The translations under genes were made by a program, and so were the position numbers. A DNA stretch of 63,861 nt, filler included, from Choristocarpus tenellus KU-1152 (Eukaryota > Protista > Phaeophyceae), in assembly GCA_964200185.2 (NCBI GenBank). It is 13 parts of 13 records of this genome, joined end to end, with 100 filler letters (N's around TTAATTAATTAA, not from the genome) between each part and the next. Parts side by side here need not be neighbours in the genome. Positions count along the whole stretch, not along the records: positions 51,775 to 54,608 come from CAXNAD020024335.1; positions 54,709 to 63,861 come from CAXNAD020003937.1; 11 more parts are not named here. The stretch is one strand, 5' to 3'. Each line of letters opens with the position of its first letter. The stretch's first letter is position 1. A model generated the notes under the pieces. The model saw nothing but the letters and a program-made list of their open reading frames with translations, was not told the origin of the DNA and did no database searches. Shown piece after piece: positions 52,876 through 63,861 of the stretch.

Positions 52876-55389
52876 AGGACGGCAGATGATACGAGAATCC
52901 GTGGGGAATATGGGTAGAATGACGGTAGCTAGATGGTTGATTGGGCGTTGGGTGGAATGCAATCAAAGCAGTTCGAAAAGGTGCTTGCCCATCTCTTCCC
53001 GTTATTTCTCCCCTTGGCATGAAAAGGGGGTCGGTAAGGAGAGGGTGGCAGAAGCACAACAGCATAGAAGGGCTATGTACTCAAAAAAAAGGACTTGGCT
53101 AAAAAAGCATTGCAAGATATGCAGCATAAGGAAGGGATAACGATAATCCCCCCCCCCAAAAAAAATGTTGTTCCCATTCACCCATTTATCCACAATCTCC
53201 AGAAATAGAACGGACTGAGCAGGGCATAGATACTGCAGAACAAGGCCAGCAGACAAACATACACACACAAATATATGTATGATACAAAAGAGAATAATGT
53301 CATTTTAAGAAAAAATAATAAACACACCGTTGAATAGTTGCAGGACCTAACCCTATCCCCAACTGAGACTTCACCCCTTCCCCAACCCTTAACCCTGACT
53401 GCAACCCTTGGTATTTGCTGTCATTGATCATCAACTGCTGCATCAAGATCAAGTACTTCATAGAAATAGTGGTGCTTTGCATTTGCACCTTCACATCCCA
53501 AGCGTGCCACGTACAGAAGATCTACTTCAAGTATACCGTAGTTGCCACAGGAGGTGCATATGTATATAAATATATATATATATATATTCTGACCACATTC
53601 AATACTTCGATAAACAAGAAATTAACAATAGCAAATCCAAGTACACAATTAAAAAAAAAACTTTTTTTTTTGTGTGTGTGTGTGTGAACGCTTACAAACG
53701 CACTCAACAACGTACGTCATCGTCATCATATGCGTACACACAAATAAAATGAAAAAAATAACAATCCCCCCGATGATGGGCATATCGATTGATTTTATAT
53801 TGATACTTCCTGCCTCAAAGCGCACACAACACACACCCAATTAAATTAAACGACCAAGCGAGTCCTCTACACTTCACCTAGACTAATCTTCCCCCTGTAC
53901 ATAATACAGTTGTTGCGAACTTCTCACTCGTGTGTATTGCATACGTAGTGGGACAGACGAAGCTCACAACCACACTCACCGATCCCCTCCATCTCCAATC
54001 ACCCTAGCAAGATTACTACGCCACACAGCCAGGCTGTAGTTTGCAGGGGGAAGGGCGCACTCCCCCATCTGAACACTCCGCCTGAACATCTTCTCTGCCT
54101 CTTTCTTCCTTCCCTACAAAAACCCTCCCAACAAAAGACAGGGAGATTGATGAAATGGGGGATCATACTTCAAATACGACTTTTTCTGCCATATTCAGGG
54201 AAAAAAAAAAATCAAAAGTGTATCTGTGGAGTAAACGACCATTGTACAGGGATACATAGGGTTAGGGTTAACCAAAATCCAATGATACCACAGACAAAAG
54301 AAGGGGCTGACTGTGGAAGTAATTCATTACATGTGCTACTTTACACTCTGAAGTAAACTTAGATCATTTACAAAGAGTAGTATACTGCCATGCAAATGGA
54401 AGCAACCAACCCCTGGTAGGGACCTCCACCCCCCCTCTAGAGTCAGGGAAGCTACACACCCCTTTTCCTACCTATTTTGTGTAGCACTGACCGATTGAAT
54501 TGGGTCAAAATATCTTGGGGGGGGAGGGGGGGGGGGGGGGGGGGGGGCGGCTGTTTCTTCGATGGGGAGAGCACCTCGCGGAACACCACTCAACCAGAAA
54601 TACTCTGTNNNNNNNNNNNNNNNNNNNNNNNNNNNNNNNNNNNNNNNNNNNNTTAATTAATTAANNNNNNNNNNNNNNNNNNNNNNNNNNNNNNNNNNNN
54701 NNNNNNNNGGGATGAAAGTATGGGAGGTTTTGAGGTGGTGGTAACGATTATGGAATGCTTCCCAGAACTCCCCCCCGATGCCCCACTAATGACATTAGGG
54801 ATGGGGGGAGGTGGGAGGTGATTATGAAGGGCCAAGCAACATGTGTCCTGAGAAGAATAGTGAGGGAACTCAAGTTGAGATTATGGGAGTACGCCCTGCA
54901 TTCGGGCAGGATAGGGGGAGGCACAAGGATGGCAACAATAGGATCATCAGAGATAGTAATACAGGGGGAGGGGAGGTGGAAGTTGGGTGCATTCATGGTA
55001 TATGTGAGGTCCAACATGAAAGAACCAGTGTGGATTTCGAAGGGTCTGGCAGAGAGTAGGAAGGATTGGGTACAACCAGGGCAGGAGGTACAGTGGTGAA
55101 CTAGAACAGAAATCAATCCTGAGGGGGAGGGGAGGTCAAGTTTGGGTGGGGTAGATGTCTTCTAGTTGAAAGGCATAGTATGAAGTGGTTGATGAAGGGG
55201 TGTTCTTGGATGATTGTGGAGTGGTGTTGAGTAGTGTGGGGGAGTGGTGAGTGCGGGAAAGTGTTGGGGGGTTGAGTGGTGTTGAATGGTGTTGGGATGT
55301 GGTAAGTGGGGGAAAGCATTATGGGGGGGAGTGGTGGTGAATGGTGTGGTAGAGTGGTAAGTGGTGTGAGGTTGAGTGGGGTTTAAGGG

Positions 55390-55612
55390 TGGGGTGGTGA
55401 CTGGAAATCAGTAGTGAAGGGGTCTCACTGGTTGGTCATCGGATGTGGGGGGTGACTGGAAATCAGTAGCGAAATGATCTCACTGGTTGGTCATCAGAAG
55501 TGAGCGGTGGCTGAATATCAATGGAGAAAGGGGTTTGCATTGGTTGATTGTTGCATGGGGGGTGCTACTGGAAATAAGTGGCGATGGGGTTGCACTGGTT
55601 GGTCATCGGACG
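55390..55612. repeat. Diverged ~55-bp tandem repeat (4 units)
   Basis: ACTGGAAATCAGTAG...CACTGGTTGGTCATC units at ~55400, 55455, 55511 and 55567. Confidence 0.75.
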
Positions 55613-56159
55613 ATTTTCACATTTACGACAACTGTTACTTTTTCAGGGGTTGTTGCGTTACTTTATTGCCTTTTCATTGTTTTTCCCCTGACAAATTTGG
55701 AAAATGTTAGATGACATAATATATATATATATGTACGACAGGTGTGGTGTCCACTACTACTATTATGGAGGGAAGTACTATATCAAGATTTTTTATCACT
55801 TTCCATGCACTTTCAAAATTTAATTTCGTTGCAAAATTTTGTTCAATCGGTAAGCTCTAATTGCAATGATCGCACTCTATATATCGTGTTTACATGTGAT
55901 TATGTAATAGGTGAAAATCCATGATTTCAGTTGTAGTCTGTACAACATTGGAGGACAGGTAAAAAAATAAGAGCAAGAGGTCGAGAGTGTTGACCTTTTG
56001 GGAATGCCACAAAAGAAGGGGGGGAGGCTGAGGAAAGACCATGCAAGGTTCCAGATGGCTGTGCGAGGAATAAGATAATTTTTCAGTGGAATTCTAACTC
56101 CCCACCATGTTTATTGACACTGAGATGCCAGAATTGTGGTGGCAGTCTAGAACAAGTAT

Positions 56160-56800
56160 AGTTGTTTTTATCATGCCTCAACGGAGGATGAGATGTGTAT
56201 GTAGTGGATGATAAAACGCCTTGCTCCCACATTCATGTCGAGGTACCACGTGAAGAAAATGATCTCATGTCTCGACAATGCATCGTGCCACCATGGCTTT
56301 GATAAGGAGATGAAGTGGCTCGAGGCAAACTCCAAGGGGTACACCACAGACCTGTTACCATACACAAGGTTGAAACAATGTTGGGCAGAGAGAGACAGAC
56401 CACAACTTTGAATTGCCAGCTGTGGAGATCTTTCCAAAGAGTAATTCTTGTGGTGGAGACTGCCTGAGTATGGAGGTTATTGCCACTGCGACAAGGGCTA
56501 TTTCCAGGGACAATACCCAGACAAGCTCCTTGAGTTACCAGAGGCGTTCATGAGGAAGAAGGGCTGGGATACGATTTGGACACTGCCTTACATACCCAAG
56601 TTTCAGTCCATAGAGTTGTTCTGACAAGATGGAAAGCAGTACACCAGCTTTCGTTGTGCAAGTGAGAGATCACATAAACCTGAGGTTGTACGGTGATCCT
56701 ACCTGGATCAGATTGAGGGTGGGTGGAAAACAGTACACTGTGGCAGGCTGGTTGATCGTCACCAAAGAGAGGTGGCAGATTACATCAAGAGAGACGACAG
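56160..56800 (+). mobile_element. IS630/Tc1 superfamily transposase relic with long D-E spacing (Sailor/DD82E-like)
   Basis: YH.S....M..WMIKRLAPTF..Y..KKMISCLDNASCHH ... GWDTIWTLPYIPKFQSIELF* (~LDNAxYH ... LPPYxPxLNPIELxW), with stops and frameshifts. Confidence 0.7.
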
Positions 56801-57514
56801 AATATTGGAGGGAGACATATTTAAGCTGAAGAATGTTCCACACGAGCTGAAAGATATGAACGAGTCGGTGAGAACAACGCGTCAAAGTAAATGAGAGGTA
56901 CTCAGATTTACATTATAAGGATACTGACACATATGTGCAAAATTCGACGTTTTTTACAAATGTGCACAGGATATTTTGTGAGTTGTGTGGGGAACATTTC
57001 AAACAATGGAAACAAACGCTCTCAAGTCAAACTTAGAACTTCATCCGCTGAAATATGGGTGAATTGCAAAAGATTTGAAAGCAGACTTGAAATTCAAATC
57101 GGCCAATACCTGGGTATCTCTCGTTTAGTTTGACTCAATGGATGCTGTCGAGGGGGGAGTAGACGGGAAGATTTGCGGAGTATTGTGAGGCGGAACTCAA
57201 TGTGGAAGGTGGTAATGATGACTGTTTTGAAGCTGATGAATCTGAGCCTGTAATTTAATAATGGATATCAAAAAGACAACTCAGAGTACTTCAAACATTT
57301 TCATCTTCAAACGTTCTGCACTGTCAACCAAAACGTTTTAGCGAAAAACATATCCTATGAGTTTCATGTGTATCAGGATTCCAATGACTCGTGTTGCACA
57401 TCATGAACAGGTAAAAAAATATTGTAAATATGAAAACAAAAATATGACCCCCAAAACACACTTGATCTTCTACAAAATTGAACCCTATTGCACGCTGTAT
57501 TTGTCTTCCTGTAC

Positions 57515-57772
57515 GAGCCAAAGTATCTTAGAGGGTAAAGCCGCGTCCATTTGGGGGCCAAAATCCAATGTTGCGATTTCGATGTAATTTTGATTATCGT
57601 GTTTGTTAGGAAGTGCCAATATCCTTGTTCTGGGCACACCTTTTCAAAACATACACATTTTACCTGCTCTGAATTTTTTTCAAGTAGGAAAATGTCATAC
57701 GAACCCCAATGGAAACCAAGCCCCAAATGGACAAACAGGGCAAAATTCGTACCCTCTAAGATACTTTCACTC
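57515..57772 (+). mobile_element. MITE family A (258 bp)
   Basis: GAGCCAAAGTATCTTAGAGGGTA ... TACCCTCTAAGATACTTTCACTC, flanked by GTAC/GTAC. Confidence 0.88.
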
Positions 57773-58472
57773 GTACCTTAATCGATGCGCTAGGACGCCA
57801 GCTTTCATTAGGTATGTATTACATGGGATGAATCGACCTGTAGCAGATTTTACAGCGGTTTAAATGCCTCCAGTCTACGTGTGGAGATGGAGTATTTTCT
57901 CCAAATTGGTCTTAAACGGAACGTATCTTGTGTTCGATGTGAGGTTAGGATCTCGAACCAACTGTATCAGTCCGACCTGCCACCACTATTCCAACCATCT
58001 TTTTTTTTCTAAACTCAAACATTCCAGAAGATATGTAAAGAATCTTCAATATCACTCTCTTCACATACTACTACTGCATGTATGTATGTACTACGAACAA
58101 CAATAGTGAGCGATGGTGTATTACATTTGTGATGATTGCTGATGACGATCATGGATGGTCGGATGAAACTAGTTGATGCACTCTACAATTAATGGTGCTG
58201 TCGTTTCCGATCTTCATACTATATTCATTCACAGTACAAGTGGTATGTCATAGGAGAATATCAGGCTCAGTTATGTGTGTAACTCTTGTCTCAACACTTA
58301 TCTCTTGTTCTGTTTCTAGTATCAATAATGTACATTATCAGAATCCAGAATAGAATGTTTTGTGTACCTATTATTTTGTACTTCAAAGTACACATTACGA
58401 ATTGAAGTTAAAACAAACATATAGAGTAATTGTCAACATGAATGAGATATGCATCTACCTTCGCCCCCCAAA

Positions 58473-58658
58473 GGCTCAAAGTATCTGGGGGGGGGGGTGG
58501 CGGTTGTCCATTTAGGGTCAATTTTTTCACGTCACGATTTTTGGGCGATTTGGTTATTGCATACGTTGGATGAATAATGAATGTAAAAGCACTTTTCCAT
58601 ATTTTGACCCAAATGGGCACCCTCGTGTAGAGCCCCCCCCCCCCAGGTACTTTGGGTC
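58473..58658 (+). mobile_element. MITE family B, complete copy (186 bp, G/C homopolymer in TIR)
   Basis: GGCTCAAAGTATCTG11 ... C12AGGTACTTTGGGTC, flanked by AAA/AAA. Confidence 0.88.
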
Positions 58659-58962
58659 AAATCTCTGAGGGCACAGTTTCCTCACATTTTTTTTTTGCCT
58701 CATTTCATTGAAACAGCCATTCGCAATTTTATATTATCGCTGTTCAGAAACGGGTATTTTGACAAAGATCATTATTATGTGGTCAAATGAACAGAATTGC
58801 TACAAAAAAATAACAATTTATCCAAAAAGAAGAGTGAAAAGATGCCTGTTCAAATTGCGCCCTCCTTACTATAATGAACAGACGACAACCTTGCATAAGT
58901 GTTTAAGAATACATCACGAGCTCATTCCCCGTCCAGGTCACTGGCATCCTGAAAATAAATGT

Positions 58963-61381
58963 TTATAATGCTGCGAACACCAAGTGTGCAGCAAATGTTG
59001 CTCCCAGTAACAGAGTGACCATCAACGCCTGAGGATTGATAACAACTTTCCCCACTGCAGCCGACGAGAGATCATCATCAGTGGCATCACTCATACTGAT
59101 GCCGAATTCACGACCAAAGTCTGAGTCATCGGACAACTCAATAATACCAGTCAAGACACCACCACAGAGGTCTCCATGCCCACAATAGCCAAGATGTTCT
59201 AGAGTCTGGGCCGGGTAGTAAAAGATGAAGTCGATGCACATTTCATTCTCTGAGCCAAGCCCGAAGATCTTCCCATCATTACCTGAATCGTAGTAGCAGT
59301 CTGTCTCAAACCAATCTCCCTTTTCAATTGTCTCTCCTACAGTTCTGGTAGGATAGGCTCCCGATTGAGAAAACGTGTAGTACTCCACTTCGGAGGACCG
59401 GATGAGTTTGTCATCACGATATTGACGAGTTTCCATCCGACGCCCAGCTTCATGCATGTGCAAGAAATGTCCAAACACGGTGACACTCTCGTTCTGGTGT
59501 GGGCAGGGGTGGATGGAGGACCTTGGTACTAGAAGAGGATCAAACAGCATGCCATTTGTTCATGTATGCACAAATATATACTCCAAGATATAGTTGAAGG
59601 TGGGTTGTCTTCATAGCACTCATGGTAGTATTCATTTAAAATGGTGGACTTTTTAGTAGAATTTCTATGGTTCACACCGTAAATCAAACAACAGCAAACA
59701 GGTCGGTGCAGTTATGATAATAATTTAACCCACCTGGAAACCTTGTGTGCAGGATGAAGGGCAATTGAAGGAGTATAATGAACGCCCATCTGGCAACTCT
59801 TCTCCTTGCAATGTTACAGATGGGTCCCCCAACTGCATTGTGCCAGCATCATATTGTCGAAGATCTTCGGTGTAATACACCCGAACCCCTGAACTGTCCA
59901 CCAACCCAGCAATATTGGATGGATTGTCGTAGTGTGTCTGAAGCAAAATGGACTTGTAGTCGGAAGAACCTCCACCACCATCAAATCGAAAACCAGCCAC
60001 TCCTGGGAGAGCTTCTCCCGACACAGGACCTGGAGCCCACACATAGACATCCGCAAACCCAAGGTCCCGTTGACAATTCTCATCAATTATTGTCTTCACG
60101 ACCAGGTGATGGATATGGGGCTCTGTGTCACTGTCCACAATTGTCTCAAAGCCAATGATATGAATGACGGTGGAAGGCACACCCAATGCTGTCAAGTTGG
60201 GTTGTGTTAAGCAGGTGTCCTTGTACGTTGTTGTGTTGGTCGGTATGATAAAATCAACCTGTACAGCAGTTTCGAGAGAAGAAGACATGTAGTTGATGTA
60301 TGGATATTTGGTCAAAATATAGCGAAATCGGCGTGGGTCTGCGAACTTTTGGAAGATACGATAAGGCAAAGACAAAAGTACAGGTCACACTAAGAACAGA
60401 AATCGAGAACTCCAGTTAGCACAAGAAGTACCAGCCTATTATACTTGGAAGGTTGGCTCGACATTGCCAATAGGTTTTTCTTGTAGTGTAGTAGAATCTA
60501 ATCAATAGCAGCATTACTATTGTAGTAGTTCCTTCTCCACAACCGTCTCAAGCAAACAAAGTCAAGGTCAAGAAGTATATCCACGAATATGTGACCAGTA
60601 AGAGGGTCGTTTCATGACAAACAGAAAGTAAATACTGTAATATTCGACTCTATACCAAGAAAGAGTGAACAATAAAACCTCCTTACAGGTTACAATGTGC
60701 AACAAACTTCAGAGATTATAGGGTAACATCCAAATCGGCTCCTGTTACATTTCTCACTGGTGCTACGTCGAAGTAACTGACGCCACTTTCTCCCTTCACG
60801 TCCACCAGCGGATCCGAAGCCGGGTTTGCCTCACCATAGAAAACTACTGAACCTGTCATACGGTTCGTCAAGCCATGGTAGCTGATGGTACTCGTATCCC
60901 CCCATGCCGCAATGATCTTTGTAGGACTAGCGCCTTCCACAGTGTCGTTGAGAAGAGGCCAATCCTGCGTATCGTTTGTGATCAGGAGACGCTTGGCTTC
61001 GAACACGAGCCAGTCCGCGCCCTCCTCAGATGACAGTAAGGTCCAGTCCGTTGTGCTCTCGTCCTTAGTGGGCAGCTCGTTTCCCGTGGCGAAGGAATCT
61101 GTGAGACTCCCAGACTCCGTTTCGTAGTATATAATGTCCGAGCCGGCCATGCCCCCTACCTCGGCAATGCCAAAGCCGACCCAACCTGCTGCAGCCTTGG
61201 CATGAACGGCGAGCTGGATGGTATCCAAATCCGTGTCCAGCGTCCAGAATATGTCGAGGTTCTCGTCCAGAGTGGCGTTCCGAGAGTATCTCGATCCGTC
61301 GAAGCTTCCCTGAGCAGACGTAAGCGTTAAGACACTAGCAAGGAAAGCGATGATGGCGGTTACACATATTCCAGAAGTCAT
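58963..61381 (-). CDS. DOMON + copper type II ascorbate-dependent monooxygenase (DBH/MOXD1-like), complete, 559 aa; exons 61381-60758, 60258-59734, 59493-58963
   Basis: Signal peptide; DOMON motifs (GWVGFG..GGMAGSDII; IIAAWG..ISYHG); Cu ligands HIHH, QTHYDNP, HMH and EMC; hydrophobic C-terminal tail. Both introns are GT-AG phase 0; exon lengths 624/525/531 nt. Confidence 0.94.
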
Positions 61382-62877
61382 TCTCCTTAGTCCTCTCTTT
61401 TCACTCGTGGAGTGCTTAATCCGTCAACTTCGTTCAAGAGAGTGGTGGTAGACAAGATGTTAATTATATTAGACCATACGCCCAACCTGGTGCATTCATG
61501 GAGCGGTGTGGGAACGGTAGGTAGGTGATGTTGGTGTGAGAAAACTTGACACAAAAACAAAATACCATTATATTCAAGAATGAATTTTGAAGAGTTAAAT
61601 ATTTTTGTTTACTACCAGTACTATATCTGGGATATATACAGTCACATCATGGGAAGTGGCGAATTGTTTTTCAGTGTGAGTGGTAAATTATGAGTGATGA
61701 TATATTTTTTCTTTACTGATGATGTGATGGGGAAAGATGCCCGAAGTGTTAGTAATAGTATGACAGGATGTGGTGAACCAAGATGGATCCTTGGCAAATA
61801 GTGGCGTAATCACTCCTGTCGTATTCTTTTGTGTAATTTGCTAGTCGTACAAACTAGACTCATCACTGAAAAACAGAAACAGTTGTCAGTTGGTTGAGGA
61901 AAATAGTCAACAATGGCGCCAAAGAGCACTGAGAGGAGAGATGTCAGCAATTTGTGTATGGCTGTTTTTCGTCGTCTTTGCTACACAACACACTGTTGCT
62001 ATAGAAGAAGATAACGTGAAACAACACATGTAGCAGTAGCTTAAGTGGGCAGATCCTAAAAGCTAACATCATCCACTCCACCTATTGAGTCTCGTAGTAG
62101 ATATAGCACACTAAAACACAACCAGTATGTAGCTGTAGTGGTCTCTACATCCACTTCAGCTCCTGCTACCAAGGAGGTTAGACCAAACTTCCCCCTACTT
62201 CATCCAGCGCACCAACCAGCCTTGTAGTGATGAATGTGGCAAGATGTGAGTGGGTATTCATTCGCTGTCCATTGCACATGCACTATGCAGCAGCCTAACT
62301 AAGCATGTCTGACCACCGCTTACTCTTGACCATGAGGTACTTGTTGATGGTCCAGTCAGTCCTCTAGGAAGATGTCGAGCACACTAAATAACTCTTCCCC
62401 AATGAGATGCGCTCTGTTTTTGATAGGTTGTAGTCTGTAGGATCTCCTGCATCATCTCTGCACTTATCAGTGTTGATCGGATGTTATACATTACATATAG
62501 TATCATATTGCACTACAATATCGATCTACGTAGAATAATTGCTAAAACGATACAAGATATGTTATGTGATATTACGAACATTGGAAGTAATAATGTTGCA
62601 ATCAATTACAGGCATGACCTAAGCCTGTGATTTACGCCTACTTCTAGCGATCATACACCCTTCCTTGGTCTGTAGACTATGACCTGCCAAAAACCATGTC
62701 TTGGTCTGAACAGGGAGGCAAGGTGAGAAAGCTAAGTGGAGGAGAGGAAGGGTGGTCAATAATGTGGTAGCATCTCATACTGAGTTGTGAGAGGTGTGTC
62801 CCTGTTATTGGGGAGGAAATCGTTTTGGATGTATTGCTATTGTTGTTCTCTATTATTGGTACATTCTATTGTGGTTT

Positions 62878-63133
62878 GAGTCAAGGCGATTGAGAGGAAG
62901 GCAGGTTTGGACCCTTTTACATTCTAAGCCATCTTTCTTACCCTGTGTAATACACTCTATTTCACTGCCTTATGTGTGCATTAGAGTTCGCATATTGATA
63001 ATCCCCCTTTCCACACAAAAGGTTATACCACTTAGGCAAAGCTTCTTTCTGCAATTGTACAGAATGTCGTCTTTCTTCCCTTTCTCGGGATCCTTAAAGT
63101 GCAACCCTGCCTACCTCTCAATTGGTTTGGCTG
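62878..63133 (-). mobile_element. MITE family D, inverted diverged copy
   Basis: Collinear with the reverse complement of 40683-40943; ends CCTACCTCTCAATTGGTTTGGCTG; flanked by TTT/TTT. Confidence 0.82.
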
Positions 63134-63492
63134 TTTGTAAGATTTAAGAGAGTCCACCTTTGCTGTTACCCCCTCAACTTCAATGCTGGAAAGTTCCTGT
63201 AAGTTTTTATTCTGACGGAAGGTCCGCCAGTGGAATCATGGGTGCTTGACGAGGAACCTTAATTGGTACAACGGTATAATGGTATATAACATACGACAAT
63301 AAAGGTATAACAACAGACAAACATGTTTTCCACAATAGTGCAGACTTTGGGATAGAGGAGTAATAGAGGGGATGGGGTTGTGGAGGTGATGGAGGAAGGC
63401 GACGACGGTACATGAGACAGGCAGTGGCAAGGAACAAATATAAGTGGAGGGTTTAACCCAGCTCCGGGAATAGACGCACAGGTTTCGATTGA

Positions 63493-63750
63493 GAACTAAA
63501 GTACCTTAGAGGGTAGGACCACGTCCATTTGGGGGCCAAAATCCAGTGTTCCGATTTTTATGTAATTTTGGCTATCGTATTTTTAAGAAGTGTCAGTATC
63601 CTTGTTTCAGACACACCATTTCATAACGTGTACATTTTACCTACTCCAAAACATTTTGGAGTTGGAAAATGTCATTAAAAAATCCATGGGAAGCCAAGTC
63701 CCAAATGGACAAACAGGGCAAATATCGTACCCTCTAAGATACTTTCACTC
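63493..63750 (+). mobile_element. MITE family A (258 bp)
   Basis: Collinear with 57515-57772; ends TACCCTCTAAGATACTTTCACTC. GATT occurs on both sides if the start is taken as 63491. Confidence 0.85.
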
Positions 63751-63769
63751 GATTTCGCAGAATGGAGAA

Positions 63770-63861
63770 GGGTCAACGTATCTGGGGGGGGGGGTGCCGG
63801 CGTCCGTTTTCACCCTTTTTTCGATTTTCACTTTTTTGGCTATCGTATTTTTAAGAAGTGT
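63770..63861 (+). mobile_element. MITE family C left end running into family-A internal sequence
   Basis: GGGTCAACGTATCTG11..CGGCGTCCGTTTTCACCC..., then GGCTATCGTATTTTTAAGAAGTGT identical to 63570-63593. Confidence 0.7.

Noticed and set aside
54709-55330. Possible DIRS/Ngaro RT-upstream region
   Set aside because: Similarity is limited to a vague LN..LL..H...G..P.NL pattern in low-complexity purine-rich sequence.

Overview
Eukaryotic, repeat-rich draft genome sequence, most likely a brown alga or close stramenopile relative (inferred from 72-nt single-repeat LRR exons, a signal-peptide-bearing RibD and the flagellar protein RIB43A). The window is 13 contigs joined by artificial 100-bp linkers (N44-TTAATTAATTAA-N44), so adjacency across linkers is not biological. 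Genes: one complete 3-exon DOMON/copper type II monooxygenase (DBH/MOXD1-like, 559 aa), partial ribD (3 exons), one RIB43A exon head-to-head with ribD, three exons of a USP4/11/15-type deubiquitinase, and two 72-nt LRR exon cassettes. The rest is transposon debris (Copia and LINE relics, a solo LTR with 5-bp TSD inside a mariner-like transposase, a gag-bearing LTR element, Sailor-like and Sola-like transposase relics, related MITE families, a tRNA-derived SINE-like head) and tandem or inverted repeats. The most striking signal is the LRR cassette pair: the flanking introns are about 92-97% identical while the exons are only 72% identical, including heavy synonymous divergence. This suggests exon swapping or gene conversion between standardized intron frames, with one cassette apparently splice-dead. 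All identities were counted by hand and all family assignments come from remembered motifs, not database searches.
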